Assembly (NCBI GenBank): GCA_038087875.1
Contig: CM075989.1
Span: 4,092,001 to 4,156,000 of the forward strand
Reading direction: 5' to 3'
DNA: 64,000 nucleotides
Source: Malacoraja senta
Lineage: Eukaryota
Below, in pieces: positions 25,639-37,180 of this stretch. A program made the position numbers and the translations under genes. Each line of letters opens with the position of its first letter. Positions within the stretch are counted from its first letter, which is position 1. Under the pieces are notes generated by a model. The model had not been told where the DNA came from. It did no database searches and saw nothing but the letters and a program-made list of their open reading frames with translations.

Positions 25639-26228
25639 CAGGCAGTTGGTGACACAGCAACAGCCAATGTTGGGCACGGCCCCTCGGTGGTACACACCTC
25701 CACATCAAAAACGAGTGCCCTTTCCTCAGGGAAATCCACCGACGTTGCTTTACCGTCCGGGCTGTACTTTGTCCAACCGACCGCACAGGTCCACTCCATG
25801 GGCATCTCAGGGAGGTCACAGTGCAGCAACTCGTTGACTGCCTCCAAGTAAGGGAAACTTTGCTTCTGAGCGATTGTGCGGAAATGCTCGTCAATATTGT
25901 TGCCATACATCTTGGGCAGTTGCAATTCCACATCGGGAAGCATGGAGGTCTCGTTGCCCCACAGGTTGTGGAGTTGGAGATGCTCAATGCTCTTCTGGAT
26001 TGCCTCCTCCGAGTACTCAGCCTCAATATCTCCAAACACCTGCTTGTGGAGACCAGCGGACAGCATCTGGATATTTAGTGGATTCATTCGAGCCTGAGAC
26101 CCGGTACGATTGACGTCCTCCTTTGGCTTTGAGCTTGCAGTGGAGGTCTTGGCCCATCTTGATACGGTGACTGTCCATTTTGGGAGAAGTGAAGTAAGTG
26201 ATTTCCTCTTCAGTAACAGATGATTCAT
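25639..26228 (-). CDS. POLG: POLG first coding exon (exon 2): mitochondrial presequence plus Exo I motif FDVE
   Basis: ATG at 26228 (acaATGa) with an in-frame TGA just upstream. The N-terminus is basic, S/T-rich and free of acidic residues, with no polyQ. Continues NPLNIQMLS...ALVFDVEVC...[12 protein letters not shown]; donor gtaaga. Likely acceptor ccctttcccatcttactttcatggcag, so the exon starts at 26249. Confidence 0.96.
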
Positions 26229-26244
26229 TGTAGCCCTTGCTCAT
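26023..26244 (-). CDS. Putative overlapping upstream ORF (73 aa) in the -1 frame of POLG exon 2
   Basis: ATG (aatcATGa, A at -3) lies 16 nt upstream of the POLG ATG. Open for [10 protein letters not shown]...[17 protein letters not shown]. Translation is unproven. Confidence 0.45.
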   Translation of the reverse strand: MSKGYNESSVTEEEITYFTSPKMDSHRIKMGQDLHCKLKAKGGRQSYRVSGSNESTKYPDAVRWSPQAGVWRY

Positions 26245-29200
26245 GATTCCTGCCATGAAAGTAAGATGGGAAAGGGAGCAAAGCTTCACATCCTAACATT
26301 CTCATACAAGACATAAAAATAAATGATAAAATGAAAGCTGCGCTGGCATTGAGAATCGTAGAAATATATCGCACAGAATCAGATCACCTCACCCACACCA
26401 ACCATGAAACCTGTCCACACTCATCCCATTTGTCCGCATTAGGCCCATATCCCTCTTCGCCGTTTCTTATCCAAGTATCTATCCAAACACTTAGTTTAAT
26501 TGCCTGGCCCAGCTTTTTGTGTCTATCTTTTGTTTAAACTATCACCTGCAGTTCCTTCCTACACACCTAGTTTAGTTTAGAAATATAGTGTGGAAACAAG
26601 CCGTTCGACCCATCGCGTCCACGCCAACCAGCAATCTCCATACACTCGCACTATACTACACGTTACGGACAATTTTTACCAAATCGAATTAACCTACAAA
26701 CATGTATATCATTGGAATGTGGGAGGAAACCAGAGCGCCCAGGGGAAACCCACGGGGAGAACGTAAAACTCTGTATCGACAGCCTCATAGTCAGGATCGA
26801 ACCTGCGTCTCTGGCGCTGTAAGGCAGCAAATCCACCGCTGCACCATCCCACTTACTAAGCATAGAAATTGTATCTGCCTCCACCACCTCCTCTGACAGC
26901 TCGCTCTAGATATTCACCATCCTGTGTGAAAAACTTACCCTTCAGATACCCTTTAAATTTCTCCCCCTCACCTTAAACCTGTACCCTCCAGCTCTAGACT
27001 CCCATACCCTGCAGGAAATTCTATCTGTACCCCACAGAATATTATAAACCTCAAAAAGGCACTCCTCAGCCCCAAATTTCAATTGGAATAAACCCAGCCT
27101 GTCCATTCTCTCCTTATAACTACATCCTCTGTTCCAGGCAACATCATAGTGAATCTCATCTGCGTTCTCTCCATTGCTGCATCTTCACATATTGTATGTA
27201 GCAGAACTGGACTCAATACTCTTAAGTGAGGTATAGCAATATATTTTACAACTGCAACGTGACTTCCAATTCTTATACCCAATGCCTCAGCCTATTGTCA
27301 AGCAGGCAAAGCTTTTCCGCTATCCTATCTACATCTTGTTGCCACTGTCAGAGAGCTATGGACTTATACATCCCAAAATTTAAGGTGTTCCCAGGTGTTT
27401 CAATCCTGACGAATCCTGTTTTTTCCCATCCCCTGTCTCACCTCTTTATACTGACTATCTTCCTTAATCAGGAAGAGGTATCATCTACCTCCTGATGCAG
27501 GTCTTGGCCCAAAACAATGACCATCCCTTTCGGTGAGACACCCTTTGGTCTGCCTGAAACCTGTTGGCCTCCCAGCAGAGCGAGATGTCCATCGGGGAAT
27601 GTTGCCGACTGGCCCGCTCCAGACTGCAGGAGTACAGTGCTGAGGACGCGCTGAAGCTCGGTGCAGCCAACGCCAAGGCTTGGTGGGGGTGGACCACAGT
27701 CTATGATCTTGAGGGGTGGATATTGAGGGGCACGCTCAAGCAAGGATGGGATATCACCCCAGGGGGCCACGAGAGAGGCAATGGGTGATTTGTGTAAAGA
27801 AAAAGGGAGGTGTTAAGATTACTGAGTATGGCAGCAGCAATATTGACAAGCATACTCTGATGTTTTGCAAAGTTTTTGTTTCCAATCAGAATAAATTTTA
27901 TTTTTTAAATGAAAAAAAATTTCCCTTTGGTTCTACAGTTGCTGCCCGACCCGCTGAGTTCTTGTAGCAGTTTGGGATTATGTTTGCTCTAGATTCGAGC
28001 ATCCAGCACACTTGTGTGCAAAGATACTAGAGGAGCTAGTATCTTTGCTTGTGTGTTTCCAATGCTGCATTGAGCCTGGCTGTGCAAATGTACCCTCGCC
28101 TCTTCAATGCAACTACATACATCACTTCTCTTGGTTTCGGGAGCTGCAGGCGTACGAACGGCACCAACTAGACAGGATTGTGAAGACCGCAGCAGGATTA
28201 TTGGTGCTCCACTCCCTTTCCTGCTGGACATATACAGGAAGAGATGTATCAGCAGAGCCATCTCCATCATCAAAGACCCCTACCACCATCGCATCACATA
28301 TTCTCCATCCTGCCATCTGGGAAGAGGTACAGGAGCATAGGTGCAAAACCAGCAGGATGCTCCTCAGCTTCTTCCGCAGGTTATAAGACTGATAAACGGA
28401 CTTTGCCCCCTGCCAAAGTATCGTGCACCAACCTGGACACACTGCAGCAGAGCCACTGTCGTGCCGCTGCCGATCGGAACGCCTGTTGATGTTTAGTAGA
28501 GAGTAGAGTGTTAATTTGTTCATGATATATGTATTTTTACTTCTATTTATTTTTACTGCACACTGAATGGACACTGGTTGAGGACGTTTTTTTTTTGTTC
28601 CTCTGGTATGTGAATACTCAGGAAATGACAATAAAGATATACAATACAATACAATACTGTACCTGCATCCCACATCACTGCTCTGACAGTCAAATGTCAC
28701 CCATCCCGTGAGATACCAGCCGGGAATTAGGGGTTGCTTAGAGATTCATTGTATCATTACATGTTGCAATACCACCAGTTAATCATGCCCCACTTTATAA
28801 ACTTGGAGGCAGTTCTGAAACGTCTATTTAAAGTTTTGTGTAGTAGGGAACTGCAGATGCTGGTTTAAACTGAAGATAGACACAAAAAGCTGGAGTAACT
28901 CAGTGGGACAGGCAGCATCTCCTGGAGAAAAAGAAAAAAGACGTTAGGGGTCGAGCCTGAAGAAGGGTCTCGACTTGAAACCTTCTCTCCACAGATGCTG
29001 CCTGGCCCGCTGAGTTACTCCAGCTTTTGTGCCAATCTTTATAAAGTTTTGGTTTTGAATATTCAAGATTCAGCATTATTTTCACCGGTGTTCAATCTGT
29101 GGAATAAACCTTCATTGCACCGTGTACACAATTAGATACAACATACCCCCACCCAGTGCAGTGCGCTCCACTACCTACCTTTCAACAAGAGCAGGGCCAG

Positions 29201-29602
29201 ATGAACACATGCAGACTAGACTAGACTCCAAACACATTCATTCCTCCAATGCAGAGGAGGTGAGGACAAGCTGGGAGCTGCTAAATCGCGGCTGACCTCC
29301 ACCCACACCGCCACCTACAAACACGCGAATGTAAGAAGGAACTGCAGATCAAAGATACTCCCTTTGCTCCTCGAGTATCTTTGGTCTGAACGGGCGGGTG
29401 TGGACCACAGGGGGCTGTAGGTGGCGGTGCTGAGCGACGCCCGGACGGTCGTCAGGGACATTGTTAAGTTTAGTGTTAAAAAAAAAAGGCACGAAATAAA
29501 CACTGAAGTTCAAACACTGAATCCTTGGGAAAAACTGATTGATGGTTCAATACCCGGAGCAAGATAAATTATTATTCACAGAGATAAGGACAAATTCCAT
29601 AC

Positions 29603-29655
29603 CAGTGACCTATGGGTTCTTGAGTGCTTTTCTACGCGCCGCTGCCCCCTATTTG
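29603..29655 (-). promoter_or_regulatory. Candidate POLG non-coding exon 1 / TSS region, divergent from tRNA-Arg
   Basis: Donor-like CTG|gtatgg at 29603/29602; CpG-containing unique sequence 29280-29740; layout analogous to human POLG. The TSS cannot be fixed from sequence. Confidence 0.4.
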
Positions 29656-29661
29656 CTTGTC

Positions 29662-29733
29662 GGCCGCGTGGCTAATGGATAAGGCGTCTGACTTCGGATC
29701 AGAAGATTGCAGGTTCGAGTCCTGCCGCGGTCG
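29662..29733 (+). tRNA. tRNA-Arg-TCG: tRNA-Arg (anticodon TCG), 72 nt as assembled
   Basis: Acceptor stem GGCCGCG/CGCGGTC; anticodon arm TCTGA-CT TCG GA-TCAGA (TCG at 29694-29696); B box GGTTCGAGTCC. One C is missing from the D stem relative to the usual GTGGCCTAATGG. Confidence 0.95.
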
Positions 29734-29734
29734 C

Positions 29735-29738
29735 TTTT
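29735..29738 (+). terminator. Pol III terminator (TTTT) of tRNA-Arg
   Basis: T4 run immediately after the discriminator base. Confidence 0.75.
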
Positions 29739-29844
29739 GCCCCTCACCTATTTTGTCTTTCCATTACAATTAATTACAAATTTCCCTTTTCAACAAAACA
29801 GACATGTGACACACATGGGGAGTCTATTGGAAACCCTTGCGTTT

Positions 29845-32470
29845 AACAAGGAACTGCAGATGCTGGAAAATCGAAGGTACACAAAAATGCTGGAGAAACT
29901 CAGCGGGTGCAGCAGCATCTATGGAGCGAAGGAGATAGGCAACGTTCGGCCGAAACCCTTCTTCAGACTGATGGGGGGTGGGGGGAGGCGGGGAGAAGAA
30001 AGGAAAAAGGAGGAGGGGGAGCCCGGGGGCTGAGGGAGAGGTAGGAAGGGGAGGAGACAGCAAGGGTTAACGGAATTGTGAGAATTCAATGTTCATGCCC
30101 AGAGGATGCAGACTCCCCAAGTGGAATATGAGGTGCTGTTCCTCCAATTTCCGGTGTTGCTCACTCTGGCCATGGAGGAGGCCCAGTACAGAGAGGTCGG
30201 ATTCGGAATGGGAGGGGGAGTTGAAGTGCTGAGCCACCGGGAGGTCAGGTTGGTTAATGCGGACTGAGCGGAGATGTTCGGCGAAACGATCGCCAAGCCT
30301 ACGCTTGGTCTCACCGATATAGATCAGCTGACATCTAGAGCAGCGGATGCAATAGATGAGGTTGGAGGAGATGCAGGTGAACCTCTGTCGCACCTGGAAC
30401 GACTGCTTGGGTCCTTGAATGGAGTGGAGGGGGGGAGGTAAAGTGACAAGTGTAGCATCTCTTGCAGTTGTAAGGGAAAGTGCCCGGGGAAGGGGTGGAG
30501 CGGGAGGGAAGGGAAGAATTGACAAGGGAGTTACGGAGGGAGCGGTCTTAAAGCTCTTACCAATCTGTGTTTGATTTCTCCATTGTAGAGGAAACTAGGG
30601 AGGAGTTAGTTGAAGTGTGGGAATGGGAAGAGAAGTTAAGATGATTGGCAACCGGGAAATCCAGTAGGCCTTGGCCTGAGTGCGTGTTCAGCAAAATGGT
30701 CGCCCAGTTTACGCATGGTCTCGCCGATGTACAGGAGGCCATATTGGGAACTCCAGATGCAGTAGATGAGGTTAGAGGCGGCACACGTGAATCTCTGTCT
30801 CAACTGGAAGGACTGCTGGGATCCCTGGGACGGAGGCGAGCGAGGAGGTTATGGGACAGGTGTTACATCTCCTGTTGTTGCAAGGGAAAGTACCTGGGGA
30901 GGGGGTGGCTTGAGTTGGAAGGGATGAGTGAACCAAGCAGTTATGGAGGGAGCAATCTCTGCAAGAGGCGGAAATGGGTGGAGATGGGAAAGATATGATG
31001 AGTGGTGGAATCACGTTGAAGGAAACGGAAATGCTGGAGGATGTGGTATGGGATGCGGAGGTTGGTGGGGTGAAAGGTGGGGAGCAGTGGAACTTTATCC
31101 TTGTTCCATCGAGGGGAGGGGAAGCAAGAGCAGAACTATGGGACGCAGAGGAGATGTGGGTGAGGGATCTATCAATGATAAGAGTGGAACTATGTTTACA
31201 AAAGAAAGAAGGCATCTCAGATGTCCTCTAAGGGAAAGAATCATCTTGGGGCGGTACGGTGGCGCAGAGGTAGACATACTGCCTCACAGCGCCAGAGACC
31301 CGGGTTTGATCCTGACTACGGTGTTGTCTGTACGGAGTTTGTACGTTCTCCCCGTGATCTACATTGGTTTTCTCTGAGATCTTCGGTTTCCTCCCACACT
31401 CCAAAGACGTACAGATTTGTAGGTTAATTGGCTTGGTATAAATGTAAAATTAACCATAGGGTGTGTAGGATGGTGTTAGCGTGCGGGGATTGCTGGTCGG
31501 TGCGGACTCGGTGGGTCGAAGGGCCTGTTTCCGCGCTGTATCTCTAAACTAAACCAAACACGGTGTACTCAAAGGAATTGAGAGTAGGGGATAATGTCTT
31601 TGCCAGAGACAGGGTGGGAGGAAGTGTACCCCAGATAACTGTGAGATTCAGTAGGTTTATAGTAGACAGTCAGTAGTCTGTCCCCTTTGATGGACACACT
31701 GAGATCAAGACAGGTGGGGGGTGGGTATGGGGGTGGGGAGAGAGGTGTTAGAAATAGTCCAGGTGAATTTGAGGGCAGGGTGGAAGTTACTGGTGAATTT
31801 AATGAAATCCACAAGTTATGCATGGGTGCAGGTGGCAGCACCGATGCAGTTGTCGATGTAGCGGAGAAAGAGTTGGGGGATAGAGCCAGTGTAGGCCTGA
31901 AACGAGAACTGTTCGACATAACCAACAAAACGGCAGACATAGCTGGGGACCATGTGAGTGCCCATGGCTACACCTTTAACTAGGAGGAAGTGAGAGGAGT
32001 TATAGGAGTTGTTGAGGGTGTTGTCAAGTTCGGCCAGGTGGAGGAGAGTGTTAGTAGAGGGAAAGTGATTGGGTCTCTTGAAGGGCCTTGAGACCTTCCT
32101 GGTGGGGTGTGGAGGTGTAGAGGGACTGAGCATCCATGGTGAAGATGAGGTAATGGTGGCCTAGAAATTGAAAGTTGTTAAAGATTTGAAGGGCATGTGA
32201 TGTCTCTTGGACGTAGCTGGCGAGGGACTGGGCAAGAGGCAGATCGGATGGAATTGTGGTAGGTGGAGATGAGTTCTGTGGGGCAGGAGCAGGAAGAGAC
32301 GATGGGTTTGCCGGGGCAGTCATGTTTGTGGATTTTGAGGAGGAGATAGAAGTGGGCAGTGCGGGGTTGGGGAATGATCAGGTTGGAGGTTGTGGAGGGG
32401 AGATTGCCAGAGGCGATGAGATTACAAACAGTTCGGGAGATGATGGCCTAGTGTTTGTCTGTGTGGTCAT
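29845..32470 (-). mobile_element. Tandem Penelope-like fragments (pLTR + GIY-YIG; degenerate RT + GIY-YIG split by a SINE)
   Basis: GIY-YIG at 30067-30525 (NLIYCIRC...YIGETKRRLGDRFAEH). PLE RT motifs TMDAQSLYTS, GVAMGT and FLRYIDN at 31570-32320. Confidence 0.88.
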
Positions 32471-33449
32471 GGTCAAAAAGGTAGGTGTGAGTAGGAATCC
32501 GAGAGCTGTCACCTGGCCTCAGCATGGCACCTGGCCTTCAATGCTTGAATTACAGGGAGAGATTGGAACTTTTGTCTTTGGAACATAGGAGGCTGAGGGG
32601 TGACCTCATTGGGGTGCACAAGACCATGAGGAATAAAGTGATCACTCTGAGTCTTGTTCCCAGGGTAGAGGATTCTAAAACTAGTGCTTAAGGTGAGATA
32701 GGAGGCATATATAGGATGGATCTTGTGGCTAACCTTTTCACTAAGAAGGTAATCCATATCTGGAACGAGTTCCCATAGAAAACTATAGAAACTGATACAA
32801 TTGCGTCTTTTAAAAGGCAATTGGACAAATATATGGATAGGAATGGTTTAGAAGGCTATGGGCCAAATGGAGGCAAATGGGATAGCCCAAAATGCCAAGT
32901 ATGTTGGCAGGGACAAGGTGGGCCAAAGGATCTGTTTCTGTGTTGTATATATAGCTCCATGATTCTATGAAGACTGAAGCTGTTGTCTTTGATCATTGGT
33001 CATCCACTTTATTGCTGATAATAATCAAAATAACACTATAGCCACAGGTGGTTATATTTGGCCTTTAAATGAGATTCAGACCATATTTCTGTCTCATTAA
33101 TAAGTGCAAACACCTCTGTGACATTGACATCACCCAACCCTAGGTTTGCTTCAGTTTACACTCTGCTGAAATCCTCACCCATACAATGTTATGTTCAAGG
33201 CACTCCTTGCTGGCCTCTTTGTTCTATCTTCTAAACTTGGAGTTAGTTATATAAAGCCTATACTGCTTGTACCAGGCTCCCACCAATTCTTGCCTATCAT
33301 TCTCCTACAGTTGCAATTGCCTGGATAAACTTCTCTGTTTTACTACCTTTTCCTCTTTTAAAGCAATCTTTAGGATCTGTTTGATTAAGCTTTAGTCATT
33401 GGTCTCAAAACCTCCTCATGTATGTAATATGTTACGTGATAATACCCCT

Positions 33450-33803
33450 TTGCCTCAAAAAGGCTGGCAGTATCATCAAGGACCCACACCATCCTGGCCA
33501 CTCACTCATCTCCCTACTACCTTCAGGTAGAAGGTATAGGAGCCTGAAGACTGCAACGACCAGGTTCAGGAATAGCTACTTCCCCACAGCCATCAGGCTA
33601 TTAAACCTGGCCCGGACAAAACACTGAACTTTATTAGCCAATACTGTTATTTGCACTTTATCAGTATATTGATTCATGTGTGTATATATTTATAGAATGC
33701 CTTGTGGTCAATGCCTACTATGTTCTGTTGTGCTGAAGCAAAGCAAGAATTTCATTGTCCTATCAGGGACACATGACAATAAACTCACTTGAACTTGAAC
33801 TTG
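33450..33803 (+). mobile_element. Rex1 3-prime fragment
   Basis: CLKKAGSIIKDPHHPGH... nearly identical to 24064-24410; (TTGAAC)n tail. Confidence 0.88.
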
Positions 33804-36276
33804 AAGCTGCTGGAGATATTTAATTATGGTTCACTGGTGCAATGGTGGGTTTTTTTTGCCACATATGCAAAGTTCAAACACAGGGAGATTATTTCAGTTC
33901 AGTAGAGTGTTGCCATACCCAAGCACATCCTCAATTAACAAGTGTACAGAAATAATCCACTGATCCCACATGCAAGAGGCCCCATGTTTTGGCGCCATTT
34001 TCAAAGTCCAGTCCGCGCTCTAGTTGTTATAAGTGGAGCCTGTTCCAGCTGAGCCCCAGGCTGCTGCAGGGCCTCCAGCCATCGCCTTCCTTGGACATCT
34101 GGATCAACCAGCGAACTAATGTTCCTCACTTCGCCCGTCCACCTTTGTTCCCCGGCTAAGTGAGGAACTCCAAACTCCAAACAGACAACAGGGGGCATCT
34201 CCCACAGCCGACCGCGAGGGCGTGGTAGGCCAGACCCCAGTTCCCTCTCCTCTCCTTCTGGCCTCCTTCGCTGGTCATGTCCGTTGTCACCGGCTTCATT
34301 CTCTGGTCTTCAGGTGATGAGCAGGGGTTGACTCGGCAGCTCCCCCTGTAGGCCGCGCTCTGTCGAGTCCCACAAACAGGGGTCGGCCTAGCAGGCTCCA
34401 CCTACCAGGCCCTGTGTGAAAGATGCCATTAATTAAATGTTTTAGTAGTTATTATTGATCATAAATTATCTTCTGGCATCCAGAAGTGCAATTGGAATAG
34501 CTGACTTCTTCCAAGCCCAGGTGAAACTAACTTCACCACCCATGTTATTTTTTCAAACAAAGTGATCAAGAGACAGCTGATCAGCTGTATTCCTTGCTTC
34601 TTTTTTTTTAATTTCTCCATTCCCCCACTTAATATTAATAATTCAATCTGAAAGCAACCTTGCATAGACTCAAAATGCTAGATTAACTTAACGGGACAGG
34701 CAGCATCTCTGGAGAGAAGGAATGGGTGATGTTTCGGGTCGAGACCCTTCATAGACTGTATTAATAATAATAATAGATTTTATTTATATAGCGCTTTTCA
34801 GGACTCTTGTTCCTGTAAGCACCACATGGGTCATTTTTCAGTGAGTTTAGTATGTAGAGTCACAGGGTCATACAGCATGGAAACAGACCCTTCGGCCCAA
34901 CCTGCCCATGCCGACCAACATGCCCCATCCAAACTATTCCCACCTGCCTGTTATCCATATACCTGTCTAAATGTTTCTTCAATGTTGCGATAGTACCTGC
35001 CTCAACTACCTCCTCTGGCAGCTCGTTCCATACACCCACTACCCTTTGTGTAAAAAATGTTACCCCTCAGGTTCCCATTAAATCTTTCCCCCCCCCCCTC
35101 ACCTTACACCTATTTCCTCTGGTTCTCGATTCCCTTTCTCTGGGCAAAAGGCTCTGTGCGTTTACCTGATTTGTTCCTCATGATTTTGTACACTATTTCG
35201 AATCCTCATGATTTTTGAATATGATGCTATTCATCAAGTACAACACCACAGAAGTCTTATAACTCCACTTTATTTGTAAAGATGTACAGTATTTCAACTA
35301 GCAGCATGAAACATACCAGTCATTAGAAGAATATCCTGAAAGAGGAAATAGTCTGAAGTGAGACGGACAAAACTATGAACATTAATAGCCCATTATCGGT
35401 TATTTGCACTTTATCAGTTTATTTATTCATGTGTGTATATAGTTATATAATGATATATGGACACACTGATCTGTTTTGTAGTCAATGCCTACTATGTTCT
35501 ATTGTGCTGAAGCAAAGCAAGAATTTCATTGTCCTATCAGGGACACATGACAATAAACTCACTTGAACTTGAGTTCCATGTAGTAGATGCAACAGATCAT
35601 GCAGAATAGATAATAATCAGCAGAGGCAAAGTCAGTGTGAGAATGGGAAGGGGTGTTACAATGTTAGCAACTGGGAGATCCAGCAGGCCTTGGCGGACTG
35701 AATGCAAGTGTTGGACAAAATTATTGGAGAATAAAAAGAAAAAAGATCGCAGATGTTGGAGAAAAGAAATAAAATTGGAAAAAGCACAAAATGCTGGAGG
35801 AACTCAGCATGTGTGGAGGGAATGGACAGGTGATGCTTCAGTGTGTCGAAGGATTGCGATCTCATACATTGTCTGTGCACTCACTCCATAGATGCTGCCT
35901 GACCCGCTGAGTTTCTCCAGCACCTTGTGTTTTGCTGAAGATCCCAGCATCTGCAGTTCCTTGAGTCTTGAACTAAAATTAGAATATGCTGAAGAAACTG
36001 GGCAGATCAGGTAGTGGACCGACCGACCGAGGAGTAGTTCACGTTTTGATGGAAGACAACATTAGTAATCTGAAGAAGGGACTTCAAGCTGAAACATTAG
36101 TTTTGTTTCTCTTGCCACGGAAACTGCCTGACCTGCTGAATAGTTCCACTAAATAAGTTTGTTATTAATGAAGACATGAATTTAAAATGGAAAATGAACT
36201 TGTAAATGAACAGTAGTTCTATTTGAAAAGAAAAAAAAGCCTATCCAAAAATCAAGGTTGACTGGATTATTGGAAT

Positions 36277-36507
36277 CTAATTCCAGTTCCGTCTGGTAGG
36301 TGCATGAGAGAACAGAGTGTGAGAAGTCTGGGCTGCTCCATTCCATTTGCTTGTCTGATGTTCTAGGGATTGACGCAAGTGTTTTAACATTTTCAGAAGG
36401 TCCTTATTCTCTCTCAAGAGTGATTCTTTCTTCTGCAGTGCCACATTTTGCTCTCGCCTGGCTATCTCTCGTTCTCTTTCCATGGAGACCAACTCGTCTT
36501 CCAAATC
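36277..36507 (-). other. Orphan coiled-coil exon-like segment (gene unknown; may be a pseudogene relic)
   Basis: Acceptor-like ttacag|GAT, then DLEDELVSMEREREIARREQNVALQKKESLLRENKDLLKMLKHLRQSLEHQ...*. No repeat similarity recognised. Confidence 0.35.
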
Positions 36508-36732
36508 CTGTAACCTAAAGGTTATTATGTATCAGTATTTTCAAAGTTCAGTTTAGTTTAGAGAGACAGTGAGAAAACAGGCCCTTCGGCCCACCGAGAC
36601 CACGCCGACCAGCGATCCCCATACACTGGCACTATCCTACACGCAAGGGTCAATTCACAATTTTTTTTTTACCGAAGCCACTCATCCTACAAACCTGTAC
36701 ATCTTTGGAGTGTGGGAGGAAACCAGAGCACT

Positions 36733-37180
36733 GTCAAGTCAAGTCAAGTCACTTTTATTTCTATAGCACATTTATAGCACATAAGTGCTTTACATTGGTG
36801 GAGGTATTAACGTTATACAACGTTGGTTCATAGATTAAGTACATACATAAATACATACATATAGCCCTCCCTCAGAGGACGTCAAGAAAGGCTTGAGAGT
36901 AAAGATGAGTTTTAAGTCTCGACTTAAAGGAGTCGATGGAGGGGGCAGTTCTGATGGGAAGAGGGATGCTGTTCCACAGTCTAGGAGCTGCAACCGCAAA
37001 GGCGCGGTCGCCCCTGAGCTTATGCCTGGACCGCGGGATGGTCAGTAAGCCCAAGTCGGACGATCTGAGGGACCCGGAGGTGGTGTGGTGGGTAAGCAGT
37101 CTTTTGATGTAGGTGGGGGAAGCCCGTTAAGGGCTTTGTAGATATAAAGAAGGATCTTGAAATTTATTCGGAACCGCACA
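36733..37180 (-). mobile_element. L2-clade LINE 3-prime fragment nested in a SINE
   Basis: LPVRFRINFKILL...KALNGL and GDRAFAVAAPRLWNSIP...FKSRLKTHL; (TTGAC)n tail. Confidence 0.8.

Noticed and set aside
25574..26035. 153-aa +1-frame ORF overlapping POLG exon 2 as a POLGARF ortholog
   Set aside because: POLGARF is in the -1 frame. This ORF starts at a TTG well downstream of the main AUG and is best explained as a shadow of the POLG codons.
34156..34401. 81-aa minus-strand ORF as a protein-coding gene
   Set aside because: GTG start and no recognisable domain; kept only as a non-coding candidate.
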